This document shows positions 36,490 to 50,606 of a DNA stretch of 64,000 nucleotides, in pieces. The translations under genes and the position numbers were made by a program. The stretch lies in NCBI GenBank assembly GCA_965112155.1, contig OZ218098.1. One strand, written 5' to 3'. Numbering within the stretch: the first letter of the stretch is position 1; every line of letters begins with the position of its first letter. The notes beneath the pieces were generated by a model, which saw nothing but the letters and a program-made list of their open reading frames with translations, was not told the DNA's origin and made no database searches. The stretch is from Podarcis liolepis (lineage: Eukaryota).

Positions 36490-37310
36490 CAAAATGTTCA
36501 AGGGGGATGGATTCAGGACAGATAAAAGAAAGCACTGCTTCACGGAGCGTATCGTTAAACTACAGAACTTGCTCTCACGCATAGCTGTCAACTTACAGAT
36601 TTGAAAATAAGGGACCAGCAGCCTCAAAAATAAGGGATCAGCAGCCAAAATAAGGGATTTTAGTCAACCAGCAGCCAAACGAAGCCTCAAGCGGTGGTTC
36701 CCACAGCGCAGCAACCCGGCAAAGGGGATGCAGCAAGGAAAACCACTGTCACCTCTCCGCTGGGAAGCACTGAGCAAAGGTGAGTCCCCAGGCAATGCGG
36801 CTCATTTGATCGGCACAAGGCATGCAAGCCCCACCCCCAGTTGTTCTTAGACTCCTTACTGGGTGAGCAACGCAGCCAAGCAACACAGTTGGAGCCTCCC
36901 TCCTCCCTGGCCGGCAGGGAGGGAGGGAGAGGAGCTGCTTCCTTTGAAACCCGGGAAATTTAAGGGACATCATCAATAAGGGACAGCAACGGGACACGGC
37001 GCTGGGATAAGGGACTTTCCCGCCAAATAAGGGACGGTTGACAGCTGTGCTCTCACGGGAGCCAGTGATGGTCACCAACCTGGATAGCTTGAAAAGAGGG
37101 TTGGACAAATTCATGGAGGATAAGGCTGTCAAAAGCCTACTAGCTGTGATGGCTATGCTCTGCCTCCGCCAGTAATGCTTCTGAATGCTAGCTGCTGGAA
37201 ACCACAAGAGGGGACAGTGCTTTTCTGCTTATGTCCTGCTTTGAGGGTTTCCCACAGGCATATGGTTGGCCACTGTGAGATCACGACACTGGACTAGATA
37301 GGCCAATGGT
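36490..37310 (+). mobile_element. CR1 3' fragment split by a hAT MITE
   Basis: GATTCAGGACAGATAAAAGAAAG...TGAAAAGAGGGTTGGACAAATTCATGGAGG...GGACTAGATAGGCCA. Confidence 0.7.
36580..37049. mobile_element. Non-autonomous hAT element
   Basis: TIR CATAGCTGTCAAC...GTTGACAGCTGTG, perfect 8-bp TSD CTCTCACG, subterminal AATAAGGGA repeats. Confidence 0.88.
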
Positions 37311-38785
37311 TGTTTATCTTCGCAGCAACCCTGCGAGGTAGCTTGGGAATGAGAGATAGTGGCTGGTCCATGGTCCTTGGTTGAGTGGAGATTTCAACTC
37401 GGGGCTTCCCACGCCTCAGACATTCTGACCACTACCACCACCCCACCCTGGCTTCCCAAACGATAGCCAAGCCTGTAAGACAATATGAAACTTGGCTTCA
37501 GTTTTGAAATAAGCTACAAGCTTTTATGATGCGTCAAAGTCTGTGGGGAATAGAAGTATCCAAGTGCGTCCAGGATTGTGTTCCCAGTCTAGGCCCGAAA
37601 TAGCGTGTGAACTAGGTCATATTCATATTGGATATTGCTCATTTCCAATGTTTGTACTTGTCTGGTACTAGTGCCCACTTTTAAAAACTTTAATTCTGCA
37701 AAACCTATATAGACTGCATCAAGGGAAGTAAGCCTAAAAGGCTTGGCTTGGTTCAGTCTCCCTTCCCCTCCTAATTTTGCAAGATATGTTTAGTACGGGA
37801 CAATATTAAATGTAGGGGTGTGTCAGAAGAGAATTTATATGCAGGAAGAACATCAAGGAAGAGGCTATTTACTAAGGCACCACGGGCCACAAAGGGATGA
37901 AGGAGCTTGATCAAATTTGCTTGGGGGAAAACTCCATCGCAAGCACATGGACTCTATCAGCCTTTTCCAACCTGGTGCTCTCCAGATGTTTTGGACTCTA
38001 ATTCCCACCCCCACCCCCCTTTCTGGACTTCCTTCCCCAACCATTAGCCATCCTGACTAGGGTTGATGGGCGTTGGAATCCAAGACATCTGAAGAGTCCC
38101 AGGTTGAGGGTAGGCTGGACTCTATGTCTTGGCATTCAGTAGAGTGAGAAATTCTCTGTTGACAAAGGCTTGGCCTCCTGTTTGCTGGACACCTGACACT
38201 TCACTTCTGCCTAATGTTTTCCCTCTGCATGTTGTGAAAACTTGCTGAGTGCTGCCGATGGGAACTTGCCCCAGGTATACCTTAGAAAATGCGCAAGGCG
38301 ATTTGGTGGCTCATCTGAGTAGACTTTCTTTATGTACTTAAGGCATGGCTGTTTGTTTTTTAATCCCTTTAAACATTTGTAATGTAGATAGTAATATAGG
38401 AAGTGGCAAAATTAAAATGAGGGTCTCATTTGTTCTCCTGGTAACAGTTTTTGTTATCCTCAGAGAGCCTTGAAATAGTCAGCTAGGTTTGTAAGGTGGG
38501 AGTGCAGTGTATTTTAGGTTGCAAACCTATACACACCTGCATGTCAGTAAGGCTGAGTGTACCCACCATCCATTTAAAGGACATGATTCCCCCCAAAGAC
38601 TTGGATCCTCATTTAACAAATTTACTGGCAGGGTCAGAAACACATTTGGTTAAGCAGCAGCAGCAGCAGCATCAATGGTTGAACAGCTCTCCAAAAAAGA
38701 GAGAAAAGCCTACAGGGACATGGGACATTGCAGAGTCAGGCCATTGGATCATCTAGCTCAATATTGTCTCCTAAATATTCTCTAA

Positions 38786-39058
38786 GAACTTGTCCACACT
38801 TCTGCTTTTCCTGCTGCTTTCCCCCGGGAAAACCCGCTCGTAACTGAATTCATTTGCTGAATTGGAGCAAATGTCAATTGGGTTTTCTGCAGATTGACGT
38901 TTGCTCCGATTCAGCGGTAACAAGCAGATTTCCCCGGGGAAAGCAATGGAGCAAACAGAAAACCACTCAGACCCGTGCCTGGAAGCATGGGACAAGTGGA
39001 AAACCTCTCGGACCCGTGCTTTCTAGGTATTAGGCGAGCGGAAGTGTGGAAGAGCCCC
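38786..39058. mobile_element. Palindromic MITE (PIF/Harbinger-like)
   Basis: TCCACACTTCTGCT...AGCGGAAGTGTGGA termini and internal inverted TTTCCCCCGGGAAA/TTCCCCGGGGAAA arms. Superfamily is a guess. Confidence 0.55.
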
Positions 39059-39940
39059 CACTCTTGAAGGGTGAAGGGGTCAGGGATCCTCTTGCACAAG
39101 ATACCATTTTCTTAATTTGTAGGTTCTCCTTCCAGCATTCTTACTCCACTGAACTTCCCTGAACTTCCAAAGAATCAAGGAAAGTGTGACTGTGATGTAA
39201 TTTTGCATAACTATTCAGAAGCACCTCCCACCAATTGGCTCTTGCAACTGGCTTTTATGAAATGGTTTGTGGAGGTGGCATTCAGAGCAGAAGGCAAGCA
39301 TTGTTTTGTTGTGCGTGTGTGTGGTGTTTTCCATTTTTTCATAGTCTCCTTATTTAAGAAGCACACTTTGTTCCTCTGCGCAAGTTACAGTGTGTTACTA
39401 CTGCTGATTTAGATAAAAAGGCACCTGGTTTTTTCTTCTTAATAAAAACACTTATTGGAAAGTTATTTTACGTTGTCTAAAATGTTGTGTTAATAACTGT
39501 GTGACGGAGCTTACAGACAGTCCCACTCCTATTAAGAATGCTTGAAAGGAGTGTAGAAAATCTATTGACTGCGTGAGCACTTTGTAATTTGTATGTGCCA
39601 TTACAGGAGATTGAAATGGCATGTAACTGGCGGTAATGGCTGGCAATTCATTTGTTTTTCTTTAGGAATTCTGCTGCGATTTTATTTGTTCTGTATTAGA
39701 AAAATCAGAGACGTGTTTTGCTGAATTCAAATGAATATCTATTTTTTAAAGATATAAATACCTTAGGGGCTTTGGGCAGCCTCAGCATTGATATGATATG
39801 CGGGCCTCAACAATTGCTTGAGAAATAGGTCCAATTTATTTTTGTGTGCCTTACTTAAACACCATCCAGACTGTAGCTTGAGAAGAGAATGCAGGCTGCA
39901 GTCTTTGAGCAGTGTTATCTAAACATAGGAAGAATAACTA

Positions 39941-40188
39941 GAGTCATACCTCGAGTTGAATGTGCTTCAGGTTGAGTGCGTTCGAGTTGCGCTCCGCGGC
40001 AACCCGGAAGTAACGTAGCGCGTTACTTCCGGGTTTCGCCGTTCGCGCATGCGCAGATGCTCAAAATGATGTCATGCGCGGAACTGGCGAAACGCGACAA
40101 GTGCAGATGCACCGTCGCATCTTGCATTCCGTTTGGGGTGCGAACGGGGCTCCGGAACGGATCCCATTTGCATCCCAAGGTACCACTG
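39941..40188. mobile_element. Tigger-like MITE
   Basis: TA|GAGTCATACCTC...AAGGTACCACTG|TA. Confidence 0.8.
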
Positions 40189-40210
40189 TACTTTGGAAGC
40201 AAGTACTGTA

Positions 40211-40451
40211 CAGTCGTACCTTGGAAGTTGAACGGAATCCATTCCAGAAGTCCGTTCGACTTCCAAAACGTTCGGAAACCAAAGCTCAACTTCTGATTGG
40301 CTGCAGAAAACTCCTGCAGCCAATCAGAAGCCCCATCACACGTTCGGCTTCCAAAAATAGTTCGCAAACTGGAACAGTCACTTCCAGGTTTGCGGTGTTC
40401 GGGAGGCAAAATATTTGAAAACTAAACTGTTCGAAAACCAAGGTATGACTG
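40211..40451. mobile_element. Tigger-like MITE (different subfamily)
   Basis: TA|CAGTCGTACCTTGG...CCAAGGTATGACTG|TA with internal hairpin CTTCTGATTGGCTGCAG/CTGCAGCCAATCAGAAG. Confidence 0.8.
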
Positions 40452-43400
40452 TAGTTTGTAGACTGCAGATCAGTTGCCTTCAGCACAATAGTACCAAACT
40501 CTGTTGTCTTAACAGGTTGCCAGTGTAGATTTCCCAGTTTACTGTTTATAGAAGCAGAAGTTGGTCGAAACTTCACATTTTAGAAATTCTAAACGATGGT
40601 GACTTGACTATTCGAAATTCAAAATATCGCTAAAGAAAGAATAACTGCAACTCTTTCGTGCTGACTGGCAAAAACTGGATATTGGTTCACAAATGGTGGG
40701 AAATCAGGTTGTGAATTTATAAATATACCCTACATTCTATAGTGTCCAGTACCAAATTATTGTACCATTCAGTTTGTGATATACTGGTCCCCCACTATTC
40801 CCACCCACCCAAGCTTTTAAGGCATTGCAGAATGAAAGATCTCTTTCTTGCTCAACTGATGGAACTCAAGTGCGGAAGAGATTGCTGGAAGGAAAGCGTG
40901 TTTTGCTCCCCCCCCCCCACCTCTTTGAGAATCGGTAGGACAGCGCTGGCTTTTAAGAGGAGCATTCATCACTGTACAAGTTCCCTTTTGTACATGGCAA
41001 AGCTTCTCTGCCCTTGGCAACCTTGGGCCACGGTTTTGCTGATACAACCAGACATAAATGGTCACAGTGGGCTTGATTTGTTGAATTACCGCCCTACGGA
41101 AATGCTCCCCCCCCCCCCCAGTGCTGGTGTTTCCATGAGTTGCAGCACATGCTAGTGAAGGAAGCCAAAATCCACTCTGGTAATTCTTATTTTTTATTTT
41201 TTAAAAATTGTTTTCGCATCCTTTCCTTTAGTGAAAAGCAGATGCATTATTTAAGCCAGCATTTCTTCCCCAAAGTGCATTTCTGAGAGATTATTGCATG
41301 CCTCAGGTGCGCTGAAAAGCTCAAGGCATCATTTCTTTAAGCATTCAAGAGCCACAATTTCCTACATGCCGCATTGCCCAGAAAGTCTTAATTCGATACA
41401 AAATGGATATTGTTATTATTATTTTAAAAGGAGCGGCTGAACAGCCCCGTTGTTGCATTTCTTGTGAAATTGTTATTGGAAAAGCCTTCGCGAAATTGGG
41501 AAAACTCTTCTTCAGGGGGAAAGTCTTTCCATAATTGAGATGAAGGAAGACTGCAATAATGCAGAGTGGTGTAATCCTCTGCTGACTTTTGGCCTATTAG
41601 TGGCTCTCAGTTGTACTCCCCGCCCTCGCCTTTTCGGATTTGGTGTGCCAGTAAGGTTGGCTTTTATGGCAGCTGTGGTGCAGTCAATACGATTAGGGGG
41701 CACAAACTGCTCTTCCCCTTAAAATCTCGGAATGGTGAATAAGCTCTGCCGGTGGATTCATGTTCTCATAGCAACCCTCTAATGTGCTCCCATCACCAGA
41801 TGCATGGCCAAAATTTTCACAGCTGAATGCCTGAAGTCAATGGGGGACCAAAGTGGTTAGCGTCTCTGAATAATCCATCTGGCTGCTCTGTTTTGATGAT
41901 TAAATGTGTGTTTCGGCTCTGCAGACACCCATGAAAATTTTGGATGCCCGGTTTCCAAAATGTCAGTCAGAAGGCACAGTATGGCTTCACTTAGCTGAAT
42001 GGCTTGTGAGACAATATCTACAACATGCAGATAATCAGAAGTTCATGCCTCCTTGTAGGGCATTATGACATGGAGCGCTGGAGATGGCGGGTGGAGCATG
42101 CATTGAATTAAGAAGTAGGAATATCAGCTAGTTTGGGGGGGGGTTTAATGTCTTAGGAGCCAATATAAAACACAGTTCTGTAAGTAGGGTTGAGCTTTAT
42201 ATCAGCATAGAGTTTGCTTAGGATGGAGCAGGTAGAATGGGAGCCCTCCAGCTGGTCTACAACTTCCATCAGTTCTAGCCAGCAAAGCCAGTGGCCATAG
42301 ATGATAGGAGTCATAGCCCAAAACACCTGGAGCATACAGAATGGAGGAAGGCTGATACAACATTTGTTTGTGGCCTTTAAAATATAGTTAAATGTGTATA
42401 GGGAAGTTATACCATTGACCCTAATGTGCGCACACACTCTTTAAATTTGATTGAAAGAGATGCATACTTAGTATCGCCTGAGGTTAAAATACTGTGTGTT
42501 TGTGAGAGACAGAGACAGAGAATGGAGTTAAGCATTCGATCAAAAATATTTTGGAAGCAGGTAAAGTTTGGCAGAGGAAATTGACTTATCAGCTATTACT
42601 ACTGGATGTAGTAGGAAAAACCAGATTCTGGAGTAGGTGAAAATCTGGCACAAATTAATTCCTGTGTGCTGTTGTCCACACCAACATGACATGCCTTTAT
42701 TGCTTCAACCCAATTGTATAGGTTTCAGAGGAGCACTGAATGAGTTTGGGACTGTTGGACTTTAGGTTTGCTTTCAGTTCTTCAGCTGCTGTGTTGGGTG
42801 TGCCAGACTGGGTCATGGACCAACCTAAATTAAATTGCACCTGGAATCCAATCATTTTCTTTTGTCCCCCCCCCCTTTTTTGAGGACACACACAAAGGTA
42901 AGGTGGGGGAGGTAATGCAGAAAAATGGTAGTGTTGAGAGAAGTAGAAGGATATAATTGTTCTACAGTGGGCTGGTTCTCATATGACATGGTAAGCTAAA
43001 CTATGACTAACTGTGACCCCCTCGTAGTTAGGGAGGAGAGCTTAGCCACAAGCCTGGGTTCAAATAACATGCTAAGCCCAAACCTTGATTTAGCTCAGCA
43101 TGGCTCAGGATTAAAAGGGACCAGTAGTTTGTCTTTCTGTGTCATACAACCCAGGCCGTAGGGTCTGATGGAGGATGCTCTCGTATGGCCTGCTTTTCTG
43201 CAGATGGGGCCTTGCTGCTGTTGATTTCTTTCTGAAAGCTGGCTTCCCCTGCCCAACCCCCAACCCAACCCCCCAAATGTTTTTTACATCATTTGATATT
43301 AGTGGCCACTTTGAGCAATGATTGTAATGAGGTAGCGAGATAAAAATATTTTAAATGGCTAAAAAAATAGACAGTAAATTCCATGATTGTAGGAGGCTGG

Positions 43401-43605
43401 GGTTAAAGGTGGACCCCACTCTCAAAAAAAAAAGCTTTGGGCAACTGGCATTATGTGCTTGATAAAACTGTGATGTTTTGAAGCTCACATATTTTCAAGT
43501 GCACTTCCCCTACATTGTTGAAACATACTGCTGGGAGCCACAATGAGCTGTAAAGCTTCCTGATGTTGTTCTGCAGCATACACAATACAGGTTTGTAACT
43601 TATAC

Positions 43606-43607
<2 letters not shown>

Positions 43608-43689
<82 letters not shown>

Positions 43690-43696
43690 ATATATA
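43608..43696. repeat. (AT)n(AC)n microsatellite
   Basis: Seen directly. Confidence 0.95.
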
Positions 43697-45237
43697 TGGT
43701 ATGTGAAGCAGCTTTTAGGGCCTTGGGATTCAGCTAAACTTTTTAAAGATTTGAGAGACCAGGGCGGGGGGTGGGGATGAGGAGGGGGGTGATATATCAT
43801 TGTAGCAAAATATTTTTTTCCCCTGTCTTAAATTCACCATCTGGGCATTTCACATTTGTAATATTATTTCTCTGAGCATATGCAAACTGGCGAGAGAAAC
43901 GTAGCTAAGGTGCCAAGCTTGTTGAGGTTGCCAGCTCTAAATTTCAAGTAGCAAAGGCATAATGTGGAGCTGTAATACCAAAAGGATTTGGCAGAGCCAG
44001 AGGAAACGATATGTGACTTTGTGCTTAAACATCATATTCCATGGGGCTGATCACTTTTGTCTGTTTCGGCATCTTTTGGGGGGCAGGGGTGTGTGGCACG
44101 GAGGATCCCATCAAAATTATTTTGCTATTGCCATCTGAAGTGGAACCCATTGTTAGGATGCACATCCTAAAAGATACTGCCTGATGCTAAATATGTTTTA
44201 CTTGGGGGTAAATTCCATTAATGTCAGTGGAACGTATTTCTAGCAGTGTGCTTAGCATCATAGCCTTAACCTGTCTTTCTGCAATTTGGTGCTTTTGTTT
44301 GATTCTCAGTGAATAAAACCAAACTATTGTTGCCCTTCTGTCTCCTGAACTTCTCCCACGACTTGCATAATATTCCTACAAGCTAAAGCAGATATGTACC
44401 ATGGTTCCCAATTCATGCTGGAAACAGTATATGAATCTGAAGCCCTGTTGTACTTAAGGCATGGCCAATTCCTGTCCAATCTGAGAATGAGATACTGTAG
44501 TGGTTAACAGGTTAGGCTATGACTGGCTAGACACAGATTCAAATCTCCCACTCACCCACGAAGTTGTTGGGTGGATTTGGGCCAGTCACTATCTCTTATC
44601 CTAAAGTTCCTTTCAGGATTGTTGTGAGGTCATACCATCTTGAGTTGGGTGGGTCATAAGTTCAATTAGTAATAATAATCTTCTGGGACAACTGAGGGTG
44701 ATTCATTGTATAAGAGTAAACTTGAGGCAGATCTGAACTTAGCATCATGGTCCTAAACATTCTGTACCAGGGCTGTGTGTTCATGCCCATGTGTTAAAAA
44801 GAAATTACAGTTCTGATCCCAAGCGATAGAAATTCTGACCCAATTCTTGGTCATATAATTTGTATAACATTATGCCAACTGACCATAAATTTACATTTTC
44901 TTGCATATTTCTTTTTTCATGCATGATTTTGCGACTTAGGATTATTCAGCTACCTCCTGCCAGTCTTAGGTTAATCAGCCCAGTTTGCACGCTTGGGTCA
45001 CCCTGCTGGGTACACTCTGCTCGTCTTAAAGAATGCTCTGCAGGGCTAAAAGTGGGAGGGACTTTGCACAGAGCGCATTGCGCACAGAAACCCGTGGCTG
45101 TTTGTGGGCTGCTAATGCAATTCCAATGCCTGTTTGTGGAGGAGGACTGAATCAAGTAGCCTCTCCTTCCTCTTGTTCCCAACAGATGCTCAACTCTGAC
45201 ACAGAGCTGGTACTTTCAAATTGATCCTGGTTACCTA

Positions 45238-45544
45238 CCGTATTTTTGGCTCTGTAAGACACACTTTTCCCCTCCTAAAAAGTAAGGGGAAATGTGTGTG
45301 TATCTTATGAAGCGAATGCAGGCGGGAGGCTCTGCTAAGCCCTCCCTTTAAAGAGCTGCGTGGAGCGTGTGTGCGGCTCTTCGGGGCTTTTCCCATAAGC
45401 CAGGACAGCCAGAGGGATCGTTGCACTGCGATCCCACTGGCTGTCCTGGCTTCTGGGATTCAGAATATTTTTTTTCTTGTTTTCCGCTTCCAAAAACTAG
45501 GTGTGTTTTATGGTCTGGTGCGTCCTTGTAGCGCGAAAATACGG
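45238..45544. mobile_element. Tc2-like MITE
   Basis: TA|CCGTATTTTT...AAAATACGG|TA. Confidence 0.8.
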
Positions 45545-46618
45545 TATAAGGCCTTCTCTTAAGGTCCCAATAGAATCACAGGATTGTAGGGACCATGAAG
45601 AGTCATCTAGTCCAACCCCCTGCAGTGCAGGAACAAATACAGTAACTTAGTCCTTAATTCAATAACCTGTCTGTGTTCAGCTCCATATGGATTGTGTGTG
45701 TGTACTGTGCACAAAATTTGAACCTCAGCAATTTAATCTTCCCCTCTTGTATCTGAGAGGATATACCTTTCAGGTAACTTGCTGTAAAAAAATAAATTAA
45801 TTAAAAAGTCACTTACTATTCTGTGACTTGTGCTTTGATCAGGAGACATGCTAAAAAAAAAATCACATAAAAATATTGGAACTTGACCATAATAGGTATA
45901 TTTATTTATCACTATAATCCACCACTTTTCTAAGGAGCTTAAGGTGGTGTACAAGGTATACCCCAGACAAATACATGGTTGTAACAACCCTGTGAGGTGA
46001 GTTAGGCCAAGACATAGGGACTGACCCAAGAGGGTTTCATGAATGATTGGGATTTTACCTTATCCTACAGTCTTAACCATCATACCACATTGAATTTCAA
46101 GTTTCAGTTGACTTTGGTGGAGTTGCAAGCTCCCCAAAATTGTTTGGCCATTTCTGGGACCAAGCAAAGGCGTAGTACCAAGGAATTTGTAGCTCAGCTG
46201 TAAAAGAAATACGTGAATGTGGAAGGCCCAGGTTCAATCCCTGACATTTCTGCTTGGCAAATCATCTCAGGTAGCAGAGCTTCATCAGGCCTTCTGTCAG
46301 CCTGATACCTTGGGGACTATGACACCTATGATACCACTTTAAGAGGCCCGGTTTCCCCCAAAGAACGGTTGGAGTTGTAATTTGTTAAGAGACCCCCTAT
46401 CTCCCTCACAGAGCCACAATACCCAGAGTTCCCTTCAAAGAGGGATTGATTTTTAAACCACTCTGAGAATGGTGGCTGTGTCTTTCCTAACAACACTCTG
46501 CACCCTGAACAAACTACCACTTCCAGGATTCTTAAGGATGCTTTTAATGTAGAGTGCAGATGTGGCCAATGCTAAGCTATACAGACCTGTTTGCCTGTAA
46601 CTTCTCTTTAAGTAACTA

Positions 46619-46877
46619 CCGTATTTTTTGCTCTATAAGACTTACTTTTTCCCTCCTAAAAAGTAAGGGGAAATGTGTGTGCGTCTTATGGAGTGAATGC
46701 AGGCTGCGTAGCTATCACAGAAGCCAGAACAGCAAGAGGGATTGCTCCTTTCACTGCACAGCGATCCCTCTTGCTGTTCTGGCTTCTGAGATTCAGATTT
46801 TTTTTTGTTTTGTTTTCCTCCTCCAAAAACTATGTGCGTCTTGTGGTCTGGTGCGTCTTATAGAGCGAAAAATACAG
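46619..46877. mobile_element. Tc2-like MITE, inverted relative to the 10651 copy
   Basis: TA|CCGTATTTTTTGCTCTATAAGAC...GTCTTATAGAGCGAAAAATACAG|TA. Confidence 0.82.
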
Positions 46878-47602
46878 TACCTGCTTCGGATGAGTAAAAA
46901 AATGGATGCAGGCAACTAAGTAAGTTCAAACACGTGGACCAGTAAATGTTTCTGTGGCTATTTGTGAGTTTGGAGCTGTGACCGAGGAAACAACCAGCAC
47001 CAGTTTTCGTTCATTAATCACTGAAGGACAAGTAAAGCAAATGAATGAATGACTGTAGCAAGGCTTGCAGTGTTGTGCTTGAGGAGTTTGAAACATTGTG
47101 TTGCAAAAGTGATCCGGGAGCTCTTAATCCACTCCATATGCACTACTTGTTGCCTTGGAGACAAATGTAATCAAAAGGGCTCTTCCTTCCCACCCCTTTC
47201 CTCACTTTTTATCATAAGATTCTGTTGAATTACGGCTTTCGAAGCGTGGTGGAGTATCATGCGAAATGTTGGGAAGATGGAAATTCAATCACTGAGGGAT
47301 TGGTCTAAACTCCATTGATTTGGAAAAGTGAAGGGTTGTTTTTATCCTTCCTGAAGAACCACACAAGGTGTTCTTCACACCTTTTCCATATCAAATAAAA
47401 TATTGTCAGTGTCTGCTTTAAAAAAAACCTTTAGCATTTCACAACTCACATGTAATCATTCTGCTAGTGGGATAAGGATACTTCAACCTGGAACTTAGCT
47501 CACTGACAGCTCTCAACTGAAAAAGGCTGTAACATCGAGCAAACTTTCTCTTTATTGGAAGTTCTGGTATGTGATCAGCCTTTTTTGGCTGCTTCACATT
47601 TT

Positions 47603-47822
47603 CATAGAATCATAGAATTGTAGAGTTGGAAGGGACCCTGAGGGTCATCTAGTCCAACTCTCTGCAATGCAGCTCATAGTTTGCCAACTTATCCACAAGA
47701 ATACCATGGGAGACTTTGTCAAAAGTCTTACTGAAATCAAGATGCACTGCATCCGTGCATTCCCTTGATCCACCAAGCTTGTAACTCTATCGAAAAGAAA
47801 TGAGTTTCATCTGGCGCGGCTT
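47603..47822 (-). mobile_element. CR1 fragment(s)
   Basis: CATAGAATCATAGAAT terminal repeat on + strand, followed by an internal ORF2-like piece (ACTTTGTCAAAAG...CTGAAATCAAG, YLDFSKxFDKV-like on -). Confidence 0.7.
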
Positions 47823-48192
47823 ATTTTAGAGCAGAGCTTTCCAAACTGTGTGTCGCGACGTGTGTCAGCTGCAGTGTGTAAGTGTGTCACATGAACATTG
47901 CCCGTGCTCCTCCCAGGGCAGGAAAGGGGTCGGTTTAAACTTCAGTTTGCTAGTAAAACTAAATTACTGTGTCATGAAATGATGCTCAGTTGAACGTGAT
48001 TAGGATTTATCTCCATGTAAGTACAGAAACCCAAAAAGGCTGTGAATTAATTTCTCATCTTGTTAGCTTCCTTTTTAAACAAGGGCCTTTTCTACTATTG
48101 TAAGGTGCTCCTCACGGAGCTTATTTCTTTTGGAGTCTTAAATCCCTTTATCATTTAAACCTTATTGTTCACTTAAATAAAATCTCTCATTC

Positions 48193-48198
48193 ATATAT

Positions 48199-48262
<64 letters not shown>
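48193..48262. repeat. (AC)n(AT)n microsatellite
   Basis: Seen directly. Confidence 0.95.
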
Positions 48263-48265
<3 letters not shown>

Positions 48266-48269
48266 TATA

Positions 48270-48480
48270 CAGTCATACCTCGGGTTAGGAATGCTGAGGT
48301 GCGTTTTCGGGTTGCGGACCGCACCGAACTGGGAAGTACCAGAATGGGTTACTTCTGGGTTTCGGCGCCACGCACATGCACAGAAGTGCCGAATCGCGTC
48401 ACACGCGTGCGCAGACGCAGCGCTGCGGGTTGCGAGCGTGCCTCCTGCGCAGATCACGTTTGCAACCCGAGGTATGACTG
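48270..48480. mobile_element. Tigger-like MITE
   Basis: TA|CAGTCATACCTCGGGTT...AACCCGAGGTATGACTG|TA. Confidence 0.85.
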
Positions 48481-50469
48481 TAAGTTGTTTTGCTTTCCCT
48501 TCTTCATGTAAGCCTCCTACCTATGTGAATGTATATATGTATGTGTTATTTTAAATTCCTTTAAAATACTTTTTAAATCTGTGCTTTTATTAGTGGTTCT
48601 GAGAGGCTTTAATACTGTCTCCTCTCCTGAATATTCCCATCCATATTGGTCATTAGAACAACTTGTAACTAAGGGTGTGAACCCAGGTTCACTTCTTTCC
48701 TCCTTCTCAGTCCATTTTCCTTTTGTGCCGTGTCTTTTTATTGTAAGCCAGGGGACACAGACTGACTTGACTTTATTGTGTTGTATTGCATTGCACTGCA
48801 TTGTGGTTATTTGTAAGCTGCTTTGGGAGCCTTTTATCAATCCTCCTGACATAGCAAAACCTACCACAGTTGCCTGCTATATTTCTGTGTTAATTCATGC
48901 CAAATATTTAATAGACAAGCTGCTGAAGCTGTACAAGAAACCAGGCTACTGTAGCATTCTAGGCGTTCCTCCTCACCAAATCACATCTACCCTGGATGCA
49001 TCTTGGAATTTTCACCAGCTATATTGCTTGTATGATATCACAAAAAAGAATGGCTATAGTAGCTCTTACTTGTGAACTTTAAGAAGAACGGCTAAGATTT
49101 GCTCATTGCTAGTTCACATGGCCATTGAGTCCGCAGCCCATCATTTCAGGTTATTCTAGTTTCACTCTAGTTTTCTTGTAGTAAAGTGGTGCTCTTTAAG
49201 TACTGTTTCGAACATAGGTTTAATAGCAATGCCCTGAGCCATTACCTGTAGTGGAATGCTTGGATGGTTGCCTTGCCAAAGTAAGATAGAGTCATCTGTA
49301 TGAATTGTAATTGAATTTGGGGATGGAAGGGAAACATTCCCTATGTAAACCTTCCTGACTGACCTGATCTGGGAGTCCCTGAAAAGTTGTAATTCCTTCT
49401 AATAACGGTGGCACATTCCCAGTAGTGTAATAAATGGGGATATGATGTGTTGTCCATCCTGGTATTTTTTTGAACATGCCCCTCAGAGAAGATTAGGGCA
49501 ACGAGCACAGAGCCCGTTGTGCAAGCAGAAGTCCTTACGCTAACAGGAGGCAGACTTCGTGGGATACAACCCACTGTGCTTGGTTCCTGAATCAGTGTTG
49601 TTTCTGCCACTCAAGAGTGCATTTTTTTCTGTTAGTGCAAGAACTTCCACTTGCACAACAGAATTCCCCCTCCTTGCCTTCTTCCACATATAGTTCTGCT
49701 CTCAAGTTCTGTTTGCACTGACAAGGACAAGTTGGTTGAATTCCACCCATTATTACCAGTTGCAAGGGAATAGAAGTGGAATCGTCTGAACTTGAAAATA
49801 ACTAGTAAATTTTGTTTAAGCCTTACCTGTTGCAGGCAAGCTAAACTGATTACGATTCTCTCAGGCTAAAACTGAAATTCTAGATCTCCCAAACAGAAAC
49901 CTAGGCTTCATATATTCAGATTTATTTTAATTATTACACTTGGTGTGAACCAGACAGTAAGTGGAGTTGAGGGATTAAGTTTTTTGTGGTAAGGTGGAAC
50001 TCATGCTTTCTGGTATTAGGCTTTCTGGTATTAGTTTTTAAAATAAGTTGCTTAGGGAGCTTAAGCCCACCTTCCTCCAAGTTTCTTTTACAACACCCAG
50101 AAGAGAATAACAGTTTTAGTTTCTTGTCTGCAAAGCTTATTTATCTTCCAACTTGGCCGTGAAGAATAACTATGATATTTCAATATGTGGTATGTGTGCT
50201 GCATTGACAGAGAGGGAGAGAGAATTTCCAGAAAACTGCTGAACAGAGCACAGTAGTAGCTATTTTCACAGTTTACATACAATATCAGACTGCCCCAATT
50301 CCTTCTTAAACATCAAAACTGAAATACAGCTGCACCTAAACTAGCATTTGTAGCAGAAAAATGAGATCTGTTGTTCTTCATAAGCAGGAAAGAATATTCT
50401 CGGTTTTCTGAAAAACTTAGAGATATACTTACATCATTTAAAATGATATTTTTTTATCCTCCTTTGCAG

Positions 50470-50606
50470 AGTATTGGGAAAGGGTCTTTATGGTGTATAG
50501 ACCCAGAATATAGACAAAATCTTATCCAGGCTTTGAAAAAGACCCCCTATCACCCATATTCGCATGTGTTCAGCACCCCTCCAGCGTCTCCTCAGGCATA
50601 TCAAAG
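50470..50606 (+). CDS. FOXN3: FOXN3 second coding exon (137 nt; end of the forkhead domain)
   Basis: [45 protein letters not shown] continues in frame from DRSQ; acceptor TTTTTTTATCCTCCTTTGCAG, donor AAG|GTAAGA. Confidence 0.96.

Noticed and set aside
48581-49075. 164-aa hydrophobic ORF
   Set aside because: Non-ATG start, T-rich intronic or decayed repeat sequence, no homology recognised.
50371-50469. N-terminal part of the 79-aa ORF
   Set aside because: Intronic pyrimidine tract upstream of the acceptor.
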